A stretch of 56,459 nucleotides of DNA, counting the filler, from Sphacelaria rigidula (taxonomy: Eukaryota), in the NCBI GenBank assembly GCA_964200075.2. It is 5 parts of 5 records of this genome, joined end to end, with 100 filler letters (N's around TTAATTAATTAA, not from the genome) between each part and the next. Parts side by side here need not be neighbours in the genome. Positions count along the whole stretch, not along the records: positions 45,250 to 56,459 come from CAXNAA020005234.1; 4 more parts are not named here. One strand, given 5' to 3'. Position 1 is the first letter of the stretch; each line of letters opens with the position of its first letter. The notes beneath the pieces are model-generated. The model was not told the DNA's origin. It saw only the letters and a program-made list of their open reading frames with translations, and ran no database searches. Shown here in pieces: positions 49,000 through 56,459 of the stretch. Both the position numbers and the translations under genes were made by a program.

Positions 49000-51900
49000 A
49001 GGAAATGTGATGAACGGACCGGGTACCTGGAACAAGGGTAGGATCAGCTCCAACAAAATCAAGAGAAAAAAAAGATCTCGATGGAATGCAAGACCGGGAA
49101 AAAAACAAAGAGCGGGGCAAGATCGGCCCCGCGAAAACCTGAAAAATAATGAGAAACCAGAAAATAGTGCTAGAGGAACAATCCAGGCCCGCAAGAAAGA
49201 AGAGAACGGGAAAAAGGAAACTGAGTCATGAAGGAAAACTAGAAAGGACATACCAGGTCCATAATACGAAAAGAACAACTCATGGAACATGAAAACAAAC
49301 GAAAATAAAAGGACAGGCTCGAGAAAAGGGATCATGTCCGACGGAATCAAGAGAGACCAAAACGGAAGAGGAGAACAAAAAAAATGGAATCCAGACCAGA
49401 AAGCTGAAAAAAAGATGAGGCCCTAAAGGGAAAGTTTTGATCCGAAAAAACGAGGCAAAAAATCAAGGCGGACCATGTCCCCAAAACAAAATTAAGATCA
49501 AACATTATAAATTGAGGAAATAATTTCGAAAACGATAACAGGATATATAACCGAGCTCATCATAAACGGGAAAACACGAGTGAAAACAGACCCGAAGAGA
49601 GTAGAAAAAGGAAATACTGAGCAGCTGTTCTAATAATGAAAAGAAAGAAACAGTGTTGACCTACAGAAAAGGAAAAAGAAAATACAAACCGCTGCTCGCT
49701 CCTGTAATGCAGCACAAAACGGTCTCCTGCTCTCTCCTTCGTACAATATCAATGTTTTTCTCTGCTTTGTTCGCTCAATGCCATAGGCTCGCTCGTCTGG
49801 ACCACTTGCTGGAGCTCTTCACTCGAAGGCTCCACTCAGTCTTAGTCGTCTTATCACTCTCCTGAAGCGTTTGCTGCGGTCTAACAATTGTCCTTTTTGC
49901 TCAGCTCCGTCAAAATTTTCTCAGAATGCGAAACCTATGGGGGACAAGTTCAGTTCATCACTGCGCGACAGAGGGACATGGCGTGCTCGGGCGGGATGGC
50001 ATACTTGATGCCTTGGTTGGGTGGTGCAGACGCCAAAGGGTGTGGAAGCCGTCCACTCGTGGAAGCGTGAGGCTTTCCAGGATTCCCCTTCCTGGTAGCC
50101 CCTCCGACATTGCTCCATCCTGGGCCTTTCCTCGCTATTTCCAACCTGATTTTTTTCTGGATTCAGACTCGCGACGTTCCTTCAGGGTGAGGAGGTGAGG
50201 TTTTAAGGTAAAGGTTAGCGTCGCCTCGGAAGTCTGGGCTTCAGGCAGACCAGGCGAACCCGTCAGCGATTTAACGTCTCAGATGAGGCGGGTAATGAGA
50301 TGCGGTTCGACCCATGGCGGACTATCTTGCGCGTACGTATTTTGTGTCCTTGCATCACCACCTTCAGACCGCGTGCCGTCATCGATCCTTGTCAAATTTT
50401 CATGTACCGTGTACTAGTGCTGCAGTTTCCTGCAGTTGCCATCCCGACCCGTTGAGATCTCTCTTTCCGGATCCATTAGTCTTACCTCGCACAGGTGCTT
50501 CTCGCGCTGTTCTACGAAAGGGTCCAGTTCTTTACTCGGTTCTGCTTCTTGTGAGATAGGTGTAAGTCAGCTTGAAAATATGCGTGGTTTTGCGTCGACA
50601 CGGCAACTCGGGGAGGAAAGCAGCGTGTCAAGGAATGTGCGCTTGGTTCAAAGAGCCAATGAGTCTTGCTCACCCCACCTGACGTCATGACTTGCAAAGC
50701 TCCGACAACATATGCAGTAGCTATCCTCCTGGTCTTACGACTGCGTCCTGACCGCGTGGGAGGTCTGACGCTCGGGAAAGCGATGTCCTTTTTCAGTCAC
50801 CTGTGCAAATTGGGTGACTACCTTCACGCTCAACAATTTGCCTCTGTTCAGCGAATCTTTTGAGGGACACCGGACGTTGGGCACAATCCGCAGGGGCGCG
50901 GACCACCGAGTTGGCTTGTTTTGATGGTTGTGGAAAACCAAATGGGGATCGGGAAGCGAAGTCAACTGCCCGGCAGATGTATGTATGTGAGTGCAACGTT
51001 ACCTCAACCGTTGCCAACTTGATCACCTCGTCCCGTGGGTCTACCGCACGCCCCTACCTCATGGTTGTTTGACGACTGCTTGATATCTTGGACCTCCTGC
51101 AACTGCATGACAGCACATCTTGCCTTATATATCTCGTACTCGTTGACAAAAGGAAGCGATCACACATCGTGGATAGGGTGGCGCCTACTGCTGATTTTTC
51201 ATTAAATATGTGAACGAGTGCCAACAGGTGGGCGATCATTATTTTTGGAACTGCCGGCAGCTGCTCATCATCGACTCTCAGTTATCGCTTCTATTTTGTA
51301 CTCAGATCGCCTCTCGCCTACCGTTTCGGCAGTCGTTTTCCCCGCAGGTCCGATGATCTTGTGGGGATTTCAGGGTCAGCAGAAGGATTGCAACAACAGA
51401 TAGACGAGGCGCTAAAATACACTAGGAAACGGAGAGTGACGGCGGATGTCAACAAATGCGCGATACTCGTCTGTAACGAAGATCAGAAAAATCCAGTAGA
51501 GTGTAAGCGGAAGTGGGGAGGAGAAGAAATACCGATCGTAGACCAGGATACATACCTTGGCGTAGAGATCTCAAAACACTGTTCCTGGGATGCCCACATA
51601 GATAAGGTAATAGAAAAGGGTAAGACACAAATAGAAAGGATGGACGTGATCCTCAGAGATTCGCACCTAGACACTAGAACCAAGAGATTTATCCTGATGA
51701 ACGTGATTGTACTAAAGCTGGAATATGCAGGAAAAGTATGGGAGTGGAACGTGAAATTGGTGAAGAAGTTAGAAACAGTATAGATGGTAGGAGCTAAGGA
51801 GATACTTGGATGCTCGATAACGGGTAATACAGCACTGAGAGTAGAGCTGGGAATATACTCACTTAAAACAAACAGAACGTAGGAGGAAATTAAGATGGCA

Positions 51901-53250
51901 ATATACCCTGAAGAACGCGCAGAAAACGAGACTGCCAGCTATAGTTGATAAGGCTGTATGGAAGAAAAGCACAAAAGGGCATGCCATAGTGGGATAGAGA
52001 AGTCGAGAAAGTATGGAATGAGATAGGAGGAAACCAAGACACTGTCCATAGGGGAAGGCGCGGGGTACAAGACAAAGGTGAGAGATATGATAAAAATAAG
52101 GGGGAAAAGGAGCGCTCAGACGTAAGGTAGACGAGGAAGAACACCTGGAGATATACGGGGGGTTGAAAGAGGGGATCGAATTGAAAACATATCTGCATGG
52201 CCCCATGGACGCGGCGAAAAAATTGAAACTGCTATTTCGGGTGGGGGACCTGGACATGCCAGAAAGAAAAAAAAGGTATACCAGTAGTCGGAAAGAGGAC
52301 GAAGTAGATGGACAGAACTGCCTTTGTGGCAAAGCAACAGAGAAAAGAAGTCATATAGTGGCAGAGTGTGAACCATACGAGGACGAACGGCGTGCTAGAG
52401 GGGGACATGCGGGACGTGAACGAAGGTGGCATGAAATCGTTCAATGTATTAGATATGAAAAATGTTTTTGCGCAATGTATGGAAGAAACGTAATGAGCTA
52501 TGGAAGAAACGCAATGAGCGCCGGAATGTTGAATGTGTCTCTATTACAAGTAGGAGCGATGCTCCGTCTCGAAAGGGATGCATGGTCAATGGTCAAATGA
52601 CTAAGGCAAGCAACAAATGAGTACGCCCCCCCTCAGGTCCGATTGCACCTGTTCTCGCAGTGGGTCTCCTTGCTGGCGATCAGATTGGATGCATAAGGGT
52701 CTGCACAGCACGATCATTTACCACAGTGTCCAGTCGGAGGTCTGCGGATGAACTAGGCGTCTTTCTCTCTGCGGAGAGCACTTCGCTTACCCTCATTCGT
52801 TCGCTGACTGTGCTGAATGACCAGCACTCACACCTGTTGCGGAACCTTGATCGGTGCTGTGCGGGCGGTCTCGGGTCCACCACTACTCGGGAAAAAAAAT
52901 GGCGTTGATTTGCTACGAATAAAGTGCACTACTAGCTCACCGTTGATGGTGACCAGAACTCGCTTCGGGTCCGTGGAGAACAGCTCAGTGTCCAGAAAGC
53001 CCAGCAGCACGTCTACCAGCTCCCGTTTCTCCGATTCACCCACCTGTTGATCTTACGTTACAACCTTCCCGATATAAAGTTAGACCACCTTCTCCGATGT
53101 CTAGCGAACCTCCATTGGCTGCGATTGGTGGAGCCGCTGTTGATGCCCCATCTCACCCCTTATCCCGAGTTGGCTTTTGTTGCGCTTAGCGATCGTCCTT
53201 GAAGTTTTCCATCGCAGGTCTCTCAAGACAAATGTACCTGGGGTGTACTT
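49000..53250 (-). mobile_element. Gypsy element C: decayed pol plus T-rich 3' UTR, interrupted by a LINE
   Basis: ELVDVLLGFLD..DPK (RT start), HLLALVHIF..VGATL (after YxDD), RAVDFASR (connection); A-rich plus strand at 49000-49700 resembles the copy B 3' UTR. Confidence 0.6.
51352..52633 (+). mobile_element. 5'-truncated non-LTR retrotransposon (LINE): RT C-terminal half plus CCHC finger
   Basis: DDLVGIS..GLQQQID, NKC, TYLGVEI..WDAHI, LEYA..VW, CLCGKATEKRSHIVAEC; TSD caggtccgat at 51345-51354 and 52634-52643. Confidence 0.92.
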
Positions 53251-54685
53251 TCGTTCATCAGGCAAGGGCTCTCGCAACATATTCGCCAAAATAATACCAT
53301 GCATGGGGCAGGCTATAAGCTTGCAACATGGAAGTAGCAATAAAAATAGCGAAGCGCGCTGCAGAGAAAAATTACCACGGGAAGTGGAGAGAAAATATCT
53401 CAAGTAGAAAGCGAGAGGAGAAAAATGGCAGAGAACCAAGGGATATCCTACGGCAAACAGGAGAACAAAAAGAGAAAAAGTTCAATATGTGAATCCGTGA
53501 AAGGAGAAAACGACGCAAAGAATGCATCGTGAGCTAGGACTGCTAAATGCGGGAAAAAAAAGTGTAGAGAAAGCCGTAAAAATAGAAAAGTAGCGGAGTA
53601 GGAAAGTGATGGCTATAATATATATATATATATTGATGAGAGCAAGCGGGAGAAAAGAAAACGTATGGAAAAGGCCGCAAATAAGAACAGTATAGTAATG
53701 GAAGAGGTGACTCGCGATATGAAAAAAAAAAAAAGAAGACAGAGGAAGCGGAGAGGAAATCAGGAACAGAAAAAACAAAGAGAACAGAAGGGGGAAGACC
53801 CCGGATCATTGGCATGGTATGGTGCGATACCCTCGACCATGATATGACTCGCGGTATTGTGCAGGTACGTTCGGGGCGAGCAAAATCGAACAGCAAAAGC
53901 GGCAGGGGCGGACGGGAGGGTGCAGTGTTAGTGCGGGTTCTTCTGATGTTCGTGTGCAATTCCGAAACCTCAAAATTAAAAAAGACGTAAATAATATATG
54001 AAAATAGAATAAAATAGTATAAATATATATACACATGGTTCACTGTTAAGGGAAGAGTCAAACGAAACAAAATGATCGAGACGTGAGCCCTGCATGTAAT
54101 ATCATTTACAATCGCTATTTCTACTGCTGCCGAGCAACGGCACTGGTTGCCCCAAATTTGCCGACGTGAAGAAGCCACGATGCCCCCGTAGTGTCGTAGC
54201 GAAAAGTTGTTTGTCCCATGAAGTGACAATAGGTTGCCCCATGACGTGACGTGAAGATAGGTTGCCCTATGACGTGAAGTGAAGATACCGCTTGTCGAGT
54301 AGATGTGATGTGTCGAATCGTGGGCCGATGTGAAGATACCAGTGTAGTGGCGACATGTTGTGACGAGTAGCGGAGGCGAATCCGAAACGCCTTGACCCAA
54401 GCAAATGACTTTTCACAATACCGCACATCAATCAAATCATTCTAAGGGCTATTCGTCATTGCTGGGTGTAGACCATTTTTTGCCCCCAGGGTGAGTCCAG
54501 CACAAATGCTCCGTGGTCGTCCGTCGGCAATTCATTCGGACGCACAAAGAATGATCCGAACAATTGCTCGAGCAGTCCTGTGCGTGCGGTCAGAGTTCAA
54601 TGGTACAAAGTTGTAGAAAGCGCAAGTACGCTGCCACCGCACACAGTAGGGTGCGACCACTGCGCGGCTACGCGTCTGGCTAACA

Positions 54686-55835
54686 TGTAACGGGCAGGGA
54701 CACAAGAGCTGACACGAGTGCTATTTATAGTACACAGCTGAACAATGAACGCGGATTACAGTTTCGCAATACCTCCAGGTGCATAATACAAACAACCGCT
54801 GGCTATGTATACTCTGCACACGCATGTTCGCCAGCTTCCGTCTCGGGACACCTCACTCTCTCGTCGTAGTGAGTCAATAGCACTTAACTCCTGCTTACGA
54901 AGCACTTTGTACACAAATGCACCTTGTAACATTCGGACCTGCTATGAGAGAATGTGCACTGCACTGTAGGATTCCCAAACGGGGGTTTTCAATTTTTTGA
55001 AAAAAAACAGTTCTCATACACGGAAGCAGACGCTCTGCAGCACACCGTCTGAGACATCATGGGGGTTCGCGGAGTACTTAGCCATGCGCGGGCGCGCGCA
55101 TAGGTGCACGTGGAATGATAAACCACAGGACGTACCTATGGTGTCGTGTTGGCACGGAAGGTTTCGAGCACACGCTACAACCACGTGTTCCAGCTCTGCT
55201 CTGTCCAGCTGATGGTCTCATCGAGGAACCAACAGGCATGTAAACTATTGGCACCTAATAACACGGGATCGGTGCTCGGAGGACCCCAAGCTAAACAAAA
55301 AGCACAATTGTTGTGCTACATCGTATGCAGACAACACGCGAACCAGTGCAGCCCTACAGCGATGCGACTATGCAGTACTGCTCATCTTTTCGATTGGGAA
55401 CCATATTGTGGTGTGGCCACGAGGTGATAAGGGCGTCACTCCCGAGGAACAGGGCATAGTCGGGGGTTGCAATGTGCAAGCAGCCGACTTGAGAGGACGG
55501 TTTCAGTCGAATACAGCTCGTGGCACATAGACCCTTGAGTCCGAACCGGCACTACATCGCAATATAAACAAAGACTCACTTTCACGTGCAGAGAGGTGCT
55601 CTTGACTTGCTTGCAAGCGAGATGTCTCAAAGTGGTACCTGATAGCTTTTGTTATAAAGCGTTGCTAGGTAGACGACTTTGCTAGGTGGCTGGAAAGTTG
55701 TGAGAGGCTAGGGGCCCGGGTGAAGGGCGCCAAATTGGAATACAACACCAACATGCGAATGGAATAAGACCTACTGCACTCGCCACGCATACTTCGAAAG
55801 GCTTACTACATGTACAGTCGGTATCCGCCGTAACA
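54686..55835 (-). mobile_element. LTR-like sequence related to the element C LTR (possible solo LTR)
   Basis: Termini tgtaacgg / ccgtaaca; 55407-55835 aligns with 47905-48332; no convincing TSD. Confidence 0.55.
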
Positions 55836-56328
55836 TTTCAACAACACGCGCGCAACGCTTCTGAGGTCGCGTCTTAGCCCAAATCTGGAAGCTCATCTCA
55901 CGATTGACCATCACAACGATGATTTTTTGGCGGACCGCTCCAAGGGTGTATTTGGTCAAGTATTCCCTACATTTGGGAGCCTTGAAAAGACGTACTCCAA
56001 GCAACCAAAACTGGGGCAGAGTATTGATTGAGATCGTACTTAACAACACCCAGAAATCAGGTAGAGTAATGCGATCGTACCTGACTTCACCCAATTTCTG
56101 GGTAGAGTTTGGAGACCAGACCATCGCAACACAAAATTCCGGGGAGTCGGGTACTTACTGTACCCAACATACCTCAATTGATTGGCCCCAATTCATGAAT
56201 GTTCTTGATTGTTTTTGTAGGGGTGGGAAGGGGGGGAATTGTGCAGTGGCTTTTCCCCTTCCCTCAAGCTCTCGTGAAGTTGTAAGTGCATGCACACGTG
56301 GACAGATAGCACCCTGTGGGGCACGTCT

Positions 56329-56459
56329 ACAGGGTTCAGGGAAACTGTGCAGTGTTTCTCGCGGGGATCTGGCTGTAGGGTAATTTTTTGCGTCACATAG
56401 TACGCTGCACAGGGTTTCAGGGAGACTGTGCAGTGTTTCTTGCGGGGATTTGGCTGTAG
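56329..56459. repeat. Tandem repeat of about 80 bp running off the contig end
   Basis: acagggtt(t)caggga.actgtgcagtgtttct.gcggggat.tggctgtag at 56329 and 56409. Confidence 0.85.

Noticed and set aside
46872-55835. The two related LTRs as the paired LTRs of a single insertion
   Set aside because: They share only about 430 bp, the outer flanks (actag vs tttca) do not match, and no gag or clear PBS follows the distal LTR.

Overview
Eukaryotic, intron-rich, transposon-dense DNA, most consistent with a brown alga or related stramenopile (inferred from gene architecture and repeat types). The window is not one locus. It is five contigs of descending length (1-11213, 11314-22526, 22627-33838, 33939-45149, 45250-56459; 11213, 11213, 11212, 11211 and 11210 bp) joined by an artificial N44-TTAATTAATTAA-N44 linker. 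Contigs 1 and 2 each hold a decayed copy of one Ty3/Gypsy lineage whose integrase ends in a chromodomain followed by a PWWP/Tudor-like domain; this is the most interesting signal. Contig 3 holds the last five exons of a gene for a ubiquitin-conjugating (E2) domain plus TPR-like helices, with a 1.1 kb foldback in one intron. Contig 4 holds about eight exons of a VPS13-like lipid-transfer gene. Contig 5 is nested retroelements: a Copia gag, a Gypsy element with a 1.46 kb tandem-repeat-filled LTR, and a LINE with a target-site duplication (TSD). Also present are several MITE families, a LINE family with oligo-C tails sitting in C-runs, probable Penelope-like remnants and microsatellites. No rRNA, tRNA or CRISPR was seen. 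All family and domain calls come from motif recognition by eye, without database searches.
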